From Takakia lepidozioides (taxonomy: Eukaryota; Plantae; Bryophyta), in contig CM060731.1 of NCBI GenBank assembly GCA_030704615.1, forward strand, positions 10,974,001 to 11,038,000: a stretch of 64,000 nucleotides of DNA, written 5' to 3'. The position numbers and the translations under genes were made by a program. Position 1 is the first letter of the stretch, and each line of letters begins with the position of its first letter. The notes beneath the pieces are model-generated. The model was not told where the DNA came from. It worked only from the letters and a program-made list of their open reading frames with translations, and searched no databases. Of this stretch, positions 36,886-49,058 are shown in pieces.

Positions 36886-38710
36886 CTAGCAAAGAAGGTA
36901 GATTAATATTTGAACACGTGAAGATAAACAAATGGAGAGTGGAGGTAAAACATTAGTTTTATTCTTGAAAACATACAAGGAGTGAACCTCCACAATATGT
37001 CTTTGTTCTTCGTCCGAGGTTGCATTGTCTTCATTGTCTAACTGTTGATTAGCCTCATCCAAATTTGCTCGTGCTTTCTCCGCCTCCACCGCGGTAATTT
37101 TCTTGAAACTATTACGTGTCGTGTTTTTTCTGGCGGGCATTGTCCAAATGACAGAGTTAATGTGAATCCACTAAGGGGGATCATCTGGATTGAACTCCCA
37201 AACTTTGGACCAACAATCTCTATACATGTCCAAATCGGAAGGGCTACCTCTTTTCTTGGGTCTCCACCATTCGACGTGAACCTTTTTAAAATTCCTGGTC
37301 CTCTATCACGGACCACATCCGATATTGTCATCCCCATCCAAACTGGAAACGTCACAGTATCTACTGGTCGAACCAAGACGAAGAATCCGTTCTCAATGTC
37401 CTTGAACAGATTTAGAGGCTGCTTCGGTCTATCACACTGGGGGCCACAATACGGCTCCATGACTTCATCTTCTTCCGACAAATCATCCTCTGTAGGTGTA
37501 TGGATTCTGGCTCTGTGGTGGTTGACAGCCCACTTGGTTGAGGGCCAAAAATCCTCTTTAAGCACGATTGAATGTCGTGATTCTCCAGGAATGGGAAGAT
37601 CAAGTTCTGCAAGGATTGCTTCCCAGTATTGATCATCTTGTATTATGATGTCACGATAATGATCGTCAAGCAACATCATCTTCTTCCAGAATTCCCTGTA
37701 TTTTTTTAATTCCAGTTTTGATAAAAGACTGTTTATCGGATGAGTCATCTCTCACACCCCAAATTGGTGTTTTTTTTACAGCCCTGGGTGTGCTACAGGC
37801 AACTTTGGAGATCCATCGGGATTCGACTTCCACATCTTCACCACACCTTTTTTGGGGAGCCACTCATAATCAGTTGCAAACTTCTTAAACTTCATGACAG
37901 GCCAACCATCTTCATCTACATAGAATCGAAAATACATGCATTTCTGTTTACCCAACTAAAGCTTTTTTTCCATCAAGAATGCAACTGTCCACATACGCCT
38001 TGAAATCTGGCACCTCTTGAATGATTTGAGGAATAAATTACAGATCTTGAGAGATCATGAAAAACCTCATAAGATCGGAGAGAACGTAGGTGTTGTTTTG
38101 CTTTAGCTTCTTCGATAAATAACTGAAGAATCTGTCGATGTCCTCATGGGGATGGCCAACCATGAGAAATCCCATCTGAATCTCCTCAAACACTCCTCTT
38201 GCAATTAGGAGCAACAGAAAAGCCAACATCCACATGTTTTTGTTTTCCTTCACGCAGTTGTCCAACTGCAGGTAGAGCCTTCGCGGAAGTGGGACTTTTC
38301 CTTTTTTCTTCTCCTTATCGCCGAAATGTTTCAGGACGTCGAGACACCTCGATTTACCCTTCATGAGAGATTCGAAAAGGAATTTTATGGTGGGTGGTCA
38401 AAGATGTTACGACTTTCGCGGCAAGAGGGCTTCTTTAGTTGGTGGAGGCATTTTGCTAGAGAGCCAATTGTGAAGTTCGGGTCTCCCGGCCCGAAGTCCA
38501 GAGAGTACTGTCCGTAGGCTCTGTCCCGGTGGTCGTGGGTGACCATGCCGGTTAGCGAGATTGAAAGTTGACCTAAGCCGGAGACCATCTTGTTCGTCTT
38601 CTGCAACCTTGGAATAGCTGTTTTCCGATGATCCATCTTGTCATGAATGATGCAGAGGAATTCGGACGGCATCATAGCTGACTCATTCCTCCAGCTGTGA
38701 TAAAGTCTGG
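36886..38710 (-). pseudogene. Degenerate DDE transposase, catalytic and C-terminal part (DUF7869 / Sola-like)
   Basis: Frameshifted blocks LCIIHDKMDHRKTAIPR, LYLQLDNCVKENKN, FLMVGHPHEDIDRFFS, then FVLVRP...PVWMG...WWRP. Family assignment from recalled motifs, not from a search. Confidence 0.75.
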
Positions 38711-39078
38711 GCCTGCACCTAACTTACAATTAAGCTGGAATAGGGGACATTCTATTGTGACTGCAATATGGAATAAATGGAATGGAATAAATCAAAGTCA
38801 CAATTAAACTGGAAATCTCAAAAGCTGCAGATCATTTAATTGGTTTAAAAAAATATGAAGAATACTTTATTATTCAACAGTGAAGAACGAAAACGGAGAC
38901 ATCATTGGCCTTTAAATGTACTGTCATATATGTCTGCCTAAAACTGAGATGAAGGACTATATCATGGTGATTCATGACACCCCCAGTGAATCTCTTGAAA
39001 ACTTATCGGGTACCCAGAAAGTGATCCTACTGATTATTGTGGGTATTCGATGGAACCACATGGAGATTCTGAACTGGT

Positions 39079-39590
39079 TCAAGTACACTCCGGTGAGCCC
39101 GTGAAGAATCTTTCTATTTCTGATGATTCTGAATGGTCGGAACTTACAGTTGACGTAGGTGTGTATTGTGCTAGAAATGAGGCCAATGCAACCGACCCGG
39201 GTCTGAGGTGGCTAAAATATCCTATTGGTGAGTATTCTGGGGATCCTGGAGTATACCCTGGCGATGAGGGTGTATACTTTGGGGATGTCGGAGTGTACTC
39301 TAGTGATACAGGAGTATACTCCGGAGATCCGGGTATATCATCTTGGGTATCTGGCGTATACGTAGGGTACATAGTGTAGAAATCATTTGATTCCGCCGAT
39401 ACTTCACTACAGTATCTCCGGAAGACCCTCCATAGTATTGTTCTAAAAAAGAACTTAAAGCTGCTGACCCGGGAGAAACGTCACAAAAATATCCTATTGG
39501 TGAATAATTGTCCTGATCGTCTGATTCAGGGGAGTACGTGTCAGGCTCTTCTGTGGATGGAATTAAAACTGGAGATGATGTAACATGAAC
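39079..39590 (-). pseudogene. Degenerate ORF with RNA polymerase II CTD-like heptads
   Basis: YTPDTQD DIPGSPE YTPVSLE YTPTSPK YTPSSPG YTPGSPE YSPIGYF in ORF 39079-39372. A second YSPIGYF..PGS.AL.SFL.QY block lies upstream in another frame (about 39435-39540). Confidence 0.55.
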
Positions 39591-40131
39591 TCATTCGTAA
39601 GATCTCGTCATAATAACCACAGCTCCGCATTCACCTTGTGCGGAGGGTGAAAGCGTTGCATTGTGTCCGGTATGTTCCATCTCCTTCTCCTCCTTCGTCG
39701 AACACGAATCCACCACACTGGAAGAATCATCAAGAACTCGAGCTCAGTTACAGACTATACAGAAGGAGACACGCGAAGAATGCGCAATCGCGAGTATTTG
39801 GTCCACAATTTACCCTCCAATAACGTAAAATCCGATTGTAAGCAACAACGATGTTGCTAAGTATGGTGAACAAAATCTATATACATGACTTTGTTCTTTC
39901 AGTCATATAAGAGTATTCTGATATCTATTATCCCAAGAAAATTCTTCTGAGCTGTAGGAACATCAGAACCACACGCGATCGCGCGTTATTGAGTTGAGGC
40001 ACAGATGAACTAATTTCATCCCACTGCGAGAAGTCTACCGGAAGGACTATTAAAGTACATTGAGAACATTGAGGATTATCTAGCTGGGAGTTGTTTTTAT
40101 TTATATTTAGAATAAGACTGAAAACGCAGAA

Positions 40132-41666
40132 GTCAAATTCGCGCTATTGCGCAAGGTTCCATAATTGCATAATTCTTAAAATTGAAAACAATGAGTTTAC
40201 TGTCGTACTAATGAGTGATTTCTTCGACCCCGTACAGTTTGGTATTAGCTACTATTCGTTAGTTCTCATGTAGGTAACGACTTGCACTGAATGAAGCACG
40301 CGCGATCACGCCCGTACACCTTTAAACCATTCTTGGACATCACATCTTCACTTTCTAATCTGAAAGAGTGCTTGACATAATCGATGAACAACCTAAACGA
40401 TGTTGACGACAAGTAATATTTCAAACTGCCCTGGACTTTTGGATTGATATTTGGATACTATTGTATACTATTGTATACTATTGTGTCCACACTGAACACC
40501 TCCACCATCATACATAAGAGTGACAATGCCACCACATATAGGAATTATCATACTCTGTGTGCATAACAAGACAGATAAAGTGCAACGGAAGATTTTAGTT
40601 GACATTGTATAATGTGATCTAATGTCTTCCGAAACACTTTACAGTTTTTGAGTATGCACTCAGACATATCATCATATGTGTCATCTAAATCATCTGGGTA
40701 TCAATGGTGTTGTTGTGGTCGATAGAATACAAGTATCAACCAAATGAATTCTTCAGGGCATTCTTTCGCATCACATCTTCAATTTCTCATCCAATGCAGT
40801 TTACTATGGAGTCAAATTCGCGCGATTGCGCAAGGTTCAATAATTGCATAATCCTTTTAATTGAAAACACTGAGTTTATTGTCCTACTAATGAATGATTT
40901 CTTCGACCACGTACAGTTTGGTATTAGCTACTGTTCGATAGGGCTTCTGTAGGTGACGACTTGCACTGAATGAAGCACGCGCGATCGCGCGCGCTCTTTT
41001 TAACCCTTCTTCACTGTCTAATCAGAAACAGTGGTTGACATAATCAATGAACAACCTAAGCGATGTTGACGACAAGTAATATTTCAAACTGCCTTGGACT
41101 TTTGGATTGATATTTGGATATTATTGTATACTATTGTGTCCACACTGAACACCTCTACCCATCATACATAAGAGTGACAATGCCACCACTTATAGGAATT
41201 ATCATACTCTGTGTGCATAACAAGACAAATAAAGTGCGACGGAAGATTTTAGTTGACATTGTATAATGTGATCTAATGCCTTCCGAAACACTTTACAGTT
41301 TTTGAGTATGCACTCAGACATATCCTCATATGTGTCATCTAATCATCTGGGTATCAATGGTGTTGTTGTTGGTCGCTAGAATACAAGTACCAACCAAATG
41401 AAGCACGCGCGATCGCGCGTGCTTTTTCAGGGCATTCTTTTGCATCACATCTTCAAATTCTCATCCAATGCAGTAAACTATGGAGTCAAATTAGCGCGAT
41501 TGTGCAAGGTTCAATAATTGCATAATCCTTAAAATTGAAAACACTGAGTTTATTGTCCTACTAATGAATGATTTCTTTGACCCAGTTTGGTATTAGCTAC
41601 TGTTTGTTAGTGCTTCTGTATGTGACGACTTTTACTGAATGAAGCACGCGCCATCGCGCGTACTTC
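40132..41666. repeat. Tandem repeat, unit about 675 bp, 2.3 copies, with embedded CGCGCGATCGCGCG palindromes
   Basis: GTCAAATT.GCGC.ATTG.GCAAGGTTC restarts at 40132, 40811 and 41485. Confidence 0.9.
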
Positions 41667-44484
41667 GTTCAGACCATTCCCTTGATGAAAGTACTTACTG
41701 GCCTCGCTCCAAGTCCTAACTAAACCATGTTTCGCAATACTATCACTGTAATAAACACATGCGATCGCGCGAGGTTTCTTTACGGCTTACGAAATTACTA
41801 GGAATCCCTGTTTCGAGAGGCACATAATGCAGATCATGGAAATAATGTGCATAACCGAATTGAGCCAAAAACACAGTTCGGTATCCAGAACTGTACATGG
41901 TAAAAATGAGTTCACGCACGATCGCGCGTGAATGGACTGTGTCATGGTACCTATACTGAGGCCTACACCATAGGCTGCAAAACCTAAACAGTTGCCAGCT
42001 GTACCTACGAACCCTATGAAATCGAAATTTCTCATGTCTCAAATCCGGAGTCGTTCCTCAAGGAATGCGTATATATCCCAAAATCTTCCACAATTCCCAA
42101 TCCTTCTATCGACCATCCTACCTCTTTAACCCTGGAATCAATCCAAAAATCAAAACAGCTAATCAAAACAATCAAAACAAGCAATCATTCGCTCAAACAA
42201 GCAAACAATCAATCAAGCATGCAGCTGTTACGTTCCTGCAAACTCTGCAGTCCACGGAAGAATCCCTCATTGCATGCACGAAGAAGACGAATTTTACCTG
42301 CTTGATGTCATTTCAGGCAAGGATCCTCCCTGCAGGCTGGATGAGCTCTCTCGCTTGGGTGCGCACAACAGCTTCCGGGATAGCGTACTCTTTTGTTTTG
42401 CCCTCCTTTCACTCTGTCACACTCCCCTCCACACGGTGAATTGCTCAAACCTACACTCACGCTCCCTCGATCTCTCACTCTCTCCCTTTCTCGATCTCCA
42501 CCTCTTTGCCACTCTCGCTCAGTCGTTCTCTCTCACACCTCTTCCTTGAGTCCAAAATTGAACAGGGCTTCTGCGTGTTTCAAATGAATGCAAAAGGAGA
42601 CTCCTTTTGGTCACTCCTCCTTATATGCCTTACCACCTGTGATCTCAACCATCGGCGTTATGTCGCATCCGACGGTTTGTGGCCTCGATGCATGGATAAA
42701 TAAAAGGCGGGATGTTTCCCAACGGTTCGCTGAGGACCCCTAAATTTATGCAGGTACAATCAATGATGCGACATGACTGTCAGTATTGAATGGACTGGAG
42801 CCACTAGTTTGTCCAGAGCGTTACGGCGCGGCAATCCGATGCCTTCATAAAGTGAACACCCTGGAATTATTGCGGGTTCCCGTGACGGCGCTCATCCATG
42901 AGGGTAGTTGAATCATCCACTAGGGCAGTCATCTCATCCAGTATACCTCTCTTGCATCCGCGAAGGCTCTTATTTCATCCAATGATAAAATATTATTCAT
43001 AGGTTCAATAATGATGTGTCGGGACGTGCATCTGGGACTTGATCGGTCTCACGTTTTCTCTACCTACACCTCATCTATGGCCCCACATTCATTGCGGCTA
43101 CTTAATATCACCTTGCTATAGATGGCCGCCGGCTCATCACAATGGCCTTACGAGGCGGCCACTTTCGTCGCCGACTATTCCTTCTCTTGTATCATTAATT
43201 CAACATTGGATTTGCTGCTTCTCTGGTGCTTTGGATGTCAGATTCCAGATCTCGAATCAGTTAATTATTCGCATTGGACGCAATAACTTATGGACCCATT
43301 AATGTTTGGAGGATTTCAGACTCCTACTTGAATTTATGCTCTGGAGAACACATAATAGCCACTAGATTACACGAAAGAGCATATCCAGGGCGACAATTTG
43401 TCGATCCATGACACTCCAGACGCACCTCTGTAATGTGAACACGTCGACCTCGTACTGTTTGACAATCCGTTTAAGACCCTGCCCTGTGCACGCATGCCAT
43501 TTTTTCCCTCTCAGTTGTTCTGGCTTGCTGATCTTCAAGACTGTCTGTTTTACGTTCATTCTTCCCTTTGTACTCCTGTCAATATTGAGAGCCTCTCCAC
43601 TTCATTTGGGTTTCTCTTCTGTCTCTCTGCTCCTCTGTTCCCATCCACTGTCTGCAAAGATCTTACATATACACCCGACCGTTTTATGTACTTCGAATGA
43701 TCACTCGCACTACAACTGTTTCGTTCATCCATGTTTTCATTTATTCATCCATTTTCTTACTTGTCATCCAAAACTCGTCTACCATTATTCATCCGTCTGA
43801 ACATTTCATCCATCTGAACCACGCGCAAACGCTCGTCGATGTGGTTCTATTTCTGTTATGGAGTCGTAGACAATGTTGTGCATTTGGGTCGTAGCTTTAG
43901 AGATCTTTTAATTTTCTACAAATTTCTGTTTCGACCAATAAAGACCTATGTTCTACATTCTAGTACATAATCCAAGAGTCCGAGTTCTATTTTCAATTTC
44001 CAAATCATTATAACCCTAAACGCGGGCGATCGCGCGAGGTTCCCTTTTCATCTTCATCCTCAGTTTTTCTAAACAAACTTCAGTAACTTATTGTTTCACT
44101 CTTTCTTAGTGTCCATCGATATAGTGCCGAATCATTAATCACCAGAATCTCTACTGTAGGATAAACGCGCGATTGCGCGAGGTTTGTGGAAATGTTATTG
44201 TTCCAAACTGGTCAACAAGTTTTCCTCACTCTTCAATAGCAGAATGTCTCAACGTGACTGGTTGCGGAAGTTGCCATGGATGACAACTAAATGGGTCCAC
44301 AATATCTGTTGTTATAGTGTCTTGCGATCCGACACATTCTTCTGTGTCGTTGCCATATCCGCACATGGATGCGGACTCTTTGGGAGAAGCAATCGGAACA
44401 CCTGTCATTTGGGATGTGGTGTAAATTCAAAATAGGACTGATACCAACACCAAGAATGAGGTTCCTCAGTTCTCGGAGGTCGAA

Positions 44485-45094
44485 TTGACATCTGCGGCTG
44501 ATTACTATCCAAAATTCAATGAACAAATTGAATCTGACATGTCAAGGCCATCTCCGAATAACGATATTGCTATGGGTAGAGATAGTTGGAGAAATAAGAT
44601 GTGTATTCTCCTTGGAGATGAACAAAGTGCTTTGTACGAGGGCAGAATTCAAGCATGTCATCCTGACGAGGTGATACTTTGTGAGAAAGTTGGAGTACTC
44701 ACGTCGGGGTGCTCGTTACAAGGATTTTGAACGGTGGTTCGACCAATCTCATGTGTCTCATGAACTGGCCATTGACGCAGACTCGGTTGATTGATAGTGG
44801 CAGGACATTATCACATGAGCTTCATAGGTTCATCAATAGTCGGGAACAAACTATTGGTCACAATGAGAAAGGTGTGAAAAAAGCAGCATACCGGCATTTC
44901 AATAGACCAAATTTTTTTTTGAAAAAAGACGATTTCATAAAGATAAATACTCGCCTCTCTCTGCAGGCAGTTTGAGAAGTCAGCAGCAAACAATGTTGCA
45001 ATTTACATTGTTGCCAATATTTCGACTGGAGAAAGACACTCACTATCCGGACTGCTTATTGGGGATCCTCTTACGACGAACGGAGAGAGCTCGG
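44485..45094 (+). pseudogene. Probable N-terminal part of a DUF7869/Sola-like transposase, truncated by a Gypsy LTR
   Basis: Frameshifted reading ends ...SKQCCNLHCCQYFDWRKTLTIRTAYWGSSYDERRELG exactly at the LTR edge. The CCxxxCC motif resembles the N-terminal Cys motif I recall for this family. Confidence 0.5.
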
Positions 45095-45702
45095 TGTCAA
45101 GGACGGGAACATGACTGAACATAAACAAGAGATCAAACTAGAGGTACAAGACTAGACAAGAAGTCAAGGTCGGCGTGGCCGTATGCACGATGAGTAAATA
45201 AAAATCAAGACGATCTTTATAACAATGAACAAGAGTACAAGATATTGGAACACGACGTGAATACTGAAATGCTGGAAACTGGACTGGAGTACCGGATACT
45301 GAAAACTGGGCTAGAGTACTTGGGAACTGGAAACAAGAGTAGCTTGAATTGGTGTTGGCAAGACTGAAGAGTGTCCAGTCTCGCCTCCTATATATACTGG
45401 CTACTAAGAAGCTTCCCTAAAAATCTTCCCCTATGGAGGTTGCTTGCTGGAGAAGTTTCCAAGATTAAACAAAGGTTTCTTGATGGAGAAGTTCCCTCCA
45501 AATGAAGCTTCCTGAGCAGTTTTCCAAGTTACTCTTGGTAATTTGGTAAACTCCCGGTAATTTGGTAAATCACGGTAAATCATGGTAACTCATGGTAACT
45601 CATGGTAAATCACGGTAAGTCATGGTAACTTCTGATAACATTGTAACTTGATAACTTCTGGTATTTACTCCTAGTAAGTTCCTCTGGGCTATGTCCGTGA
45701 CA
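45095..45702 (-). repeat. 3' LTR of the outer Gypsy (608 bp)
   Basis: TGTCA...TGACA termini, adjacent polypurine tract at about 45703-45716, TATATA, internal 10-bp repeats CATGGTAACT. Confidence 0.85.
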
Positions 45703-47583
45703 TCACCCCCTCCTCTAGCGCCGAGTTCCTTGAGGAGCAGTAAAATCTTGGACTTGCTTAGAGTTGGAGAAAATCCAAAATCCGGCGAATGGTACTTGCC
45801 AAGTATTCGGCTCTTCATTCTTGACTCAAATGATTTATAAGTCATTGCAACCATGGATAGTGTCCAACACCTTGAATTTGGGACCACGCAGTGCTTTGAG
45901 CATTCTGATTTTCGAAGCTGCCTTCAAACATGATTTCGTTGCCCTCTGGGTCCGAAGCCTCAACCTCCAACAGAATTATCAGACTTCGAGTAGGCTCCAC
46001 TTGCCATCGTACGGGGTCCAGACGAGGAAGTACACGTCGCATTGGTGGCCCATCGTCTCGAGAGCGTCGGCGTGATGTTGAAGGTCGTGAGAGTTGGAAC
46101 GGCTGATCTGGTAGCTGGGTAAGCGACAACTCCAATGTATCTGGTTCCTGTGACTCCATGCTGCCAATACAAGATGCAAGAGTGCTGGAAGTATAGCTAT
46201 ATATACTGATGTGTTGTGTTCCTCCCTCCTTAGCGTGTATCAGGTACATTGAATGTGGATTCTTCACCTTGAAGCTAACTTGGCTGACATCATTGTTGTG
46301 ACGTCTTAGTGACGTGTAGCTGGGGCTTAGCTGGATATCGTTGATGAAACTCTTGGACTTTGTCAGATGCATTGGCGAGGTTGGATGAAGGTTCCCACGT
46401 TCGTTCGCTGATGTCGTAGCCTTTCTAATGTACGAAATACTCAAGACGTTTATACATGATGCGAGAGTCTAGGACTTCGTCGACTTCATACTCAATTTCC
46501 TGATTGACTTCGATTGGTGGAGGTGGTATAGAGACTCTGCCTGGAATATTCGATGGATGATACAACTCCAATAATGAAACATGAAAGACTGGATGGATGC
46601 ACATACTTCATAGGAGTTCAAGCCAAAAACTGACCGGATTTATTTGTCAAATAATTTTGAATGGTCCCAGGCGTTGATAATCCAACTTCCTTGATGGTCG
46701 CGAGGTTTGTATGTCCCGTCAAAGAAGCCACACACGATCTCCGACCTTGAACTAGGGTTGGAGTTGGCAACGTTGATCTGCATACCCTTATATTGTTTTT
46801 GAGCTTCTGCGAGGTGAAATGTAAGCTCCTTGTGAATCGTAGCAAGATGAGTAGCAAGGTTTTCTGCAGCAGGGCTTCCAACAGTTTTCATGTGAAAATG
46901 GTTTGTTCGAGGATGATAACCATAATTGGAGAAAAATGGAGTTTGTTTGGTCGAAGAATGTATAGTGTTGTTGTAGGCAAATTCAGCCAATGACAAAAGG
47001 TCCGTCCAATTATCTTGGTGATAATTTATCGTACAACAAAGATACTGTTCCAAAATCTGGTTTACACGTTCGGTTTGACCATCAATCTGTGGATGATTAG
47101 CTGTAGAGAGGTTGATCTTAGTATCCAATATGTGAAATAATCCCCTCCAGAAATTTGATATGAACTGTGGTCCTCGATCAGATACGATGTCCTTCGGGAG
47201 TCACTACAATAGAACGTGGTATATCTGACTGCGAGGCCGCGACAGTCATGGTTTTCCTGACTTTGACCATGACTTCCCTATATTTTTGGACCAAATGGGG
47301 CTTCACGTAGTCGTTGAAATGACTGCGTGACTACGTAGTCCTTTGGGTGACTACGTTGGTAGACTTCGTCATGACTGCATGGCTCCGCACTAGACGGAAG
47401 GTTGGTCAACGATGGTTGACCAACGCAAGTTCACCACCAAACAGTCGTTGGAATGGCTTCTAGTGTGAAGCTTGGTAGCCAAAAGGTTAAATTTTTTTTT
47501 AAAGTTGTTTATAGGGTTGTCCATTAGAGGGCCGGGACTTAGCTTTTTTTCTTTTTTCCCTGCGCGGTTTCTTAGTATCGAGC

Positions 47584-49058
47584 TGTTGTGTCATGGAACG
47601 CGAGGATCGCAGGATAGGGCGTGGGATGGAGGCATTGTATTGAGCTACTGATGCGGGGCGAAGCACAACCTGCACCGCAACCGCAATGGGCTCTTGGCTC
47701 CTGTTATCTTGGGAGAGTCAGCTTGGCTTCACAGTCCGTGTTTCAATTTTACCTTTGTGGAAAAGGGTAAAATGTCCATGGTGACATTGTCAAATTTAGG
47801 GTATCCAAAAACAGATGTGGTAGTATTGAGGATACAAAGGGAGTGTTTGAGAATATGGCTGAATGAACCTAGAGTGTGATGATCGCGGGATATGCCCCAA
47901 CATGGATGCGGGATGGAGGCATTGGAGACCTATGAGCAAATGATGTGGGAAGGGTAAAGGCAAACCTGGTCACGTTCGTTTGTAGATGCAATGTGTGTGC
48001 GAGCCTAGCAGCCCTGGAAAAGGGCAAAGAGGTCCATGCTGACATCATCAGAGCTGGAATTGTACGAGATGTCATTCCGAACGATACCCTGGTAAACATG
48101 TATGCCAAATGTGGCAGCATCGAAGTTGCAAAGAGAAGGCAAATACTACTTCCATTGAGCGTTTTCATCTGTCTTCCTAGTGCAGATGCTTGGGTGCAAC
48201 ACAGTACAACACAATCCCTGTTCTATGAACGAGCGTTGATCACGTGGATTTAATGATGGCAGGATTCTTCTTCGACCTGTTTCAGCCTAGTTTGCCTTCC
48301 CATCAGACTCGGCCCTAGATTGCTCGGCAGAGCAGAGCTGGCATATTGAGGGTTTTACAGATCCTTCACGATGATGGGACAACCGCGATCGCAAGGTGTG
48401 GCTTTTTTTTAATGTACGATGTGAAGAAGTTTGTCCATCCTGCAAATGTGGGCTCTTGGCTCTTGGCAGGAAAGCTGGAAAGCAGGTGCACACTCACATT
48501 GTCCAAAGTGGATTCACGCCGAACGTTTTTGTACTCAACACCCTTGTCAACATGTATATTAAGGGGAGCATCATGGATGATCACCAAGTGTTCAACACAG
48601 AATGCCTCAACGATCTTTGATCACGTGGAATATAATGTTGGCAGGATTAACCAAGCATGGGCATGGTACGAATGCCTTGGAGACCTGTGAGCAAATGATG
48701 CGCGAAGGGGTGAGCCCAGCCACATCACGTTTGTTTGTGTTTGCAATGCGTGTGCAAGCCTGGAAAAAGGGAAAGAGGTCCATGGCTTTGGAGGCTTTGG
48801 AGACCTATGAGCAAATGATGGGGGAAGGGGTGAAGCCCAGCCACATCATGTTTGTGTGCATTAGCAATGCTTGTGCAAGCCTGGTAGCCCTGGAGAAGGG
48901 CAAAGAGGTGCATGGCGATATCATCAAAGCTGGAATTGTACCAAATGTCATTCTGTACACTGCCCTGGCAACTCTGGAAAAGGGGAAAGAGGTCCATGGT
49001 GACATCTTCGGAGCTGGAATTGTACCAAATGTCATTCTGAGGCATACCCTGGTGGACA
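47584..49058 (+). pseudogene. PLS-class PPR gene fragments (cargo, left part)
   Basis: VVSWNA.IAG, EALETYEQMM.EGVKP, FVCISNACASLVALEKGKEVHGDIIKAG, TLVNMYAKCGSIE, LITWNIMLAGLTKHGHG; P, L and S motifs with frameshifts and stops. Confidence 0.88.

Noticed and set aside
39079-39372. A genuine NRPB1 (RPB1) gene
   Set aside because: No polymerase domains nearby; heptads are few and degenerate.
39780-44180. CRISPR-like array from the recurring palindrome
   Set aside because: Spacing is irregular (about 90 to 2100 bp), much intervening sequence is itself duplicated, no cas genes, eukaryotic context.
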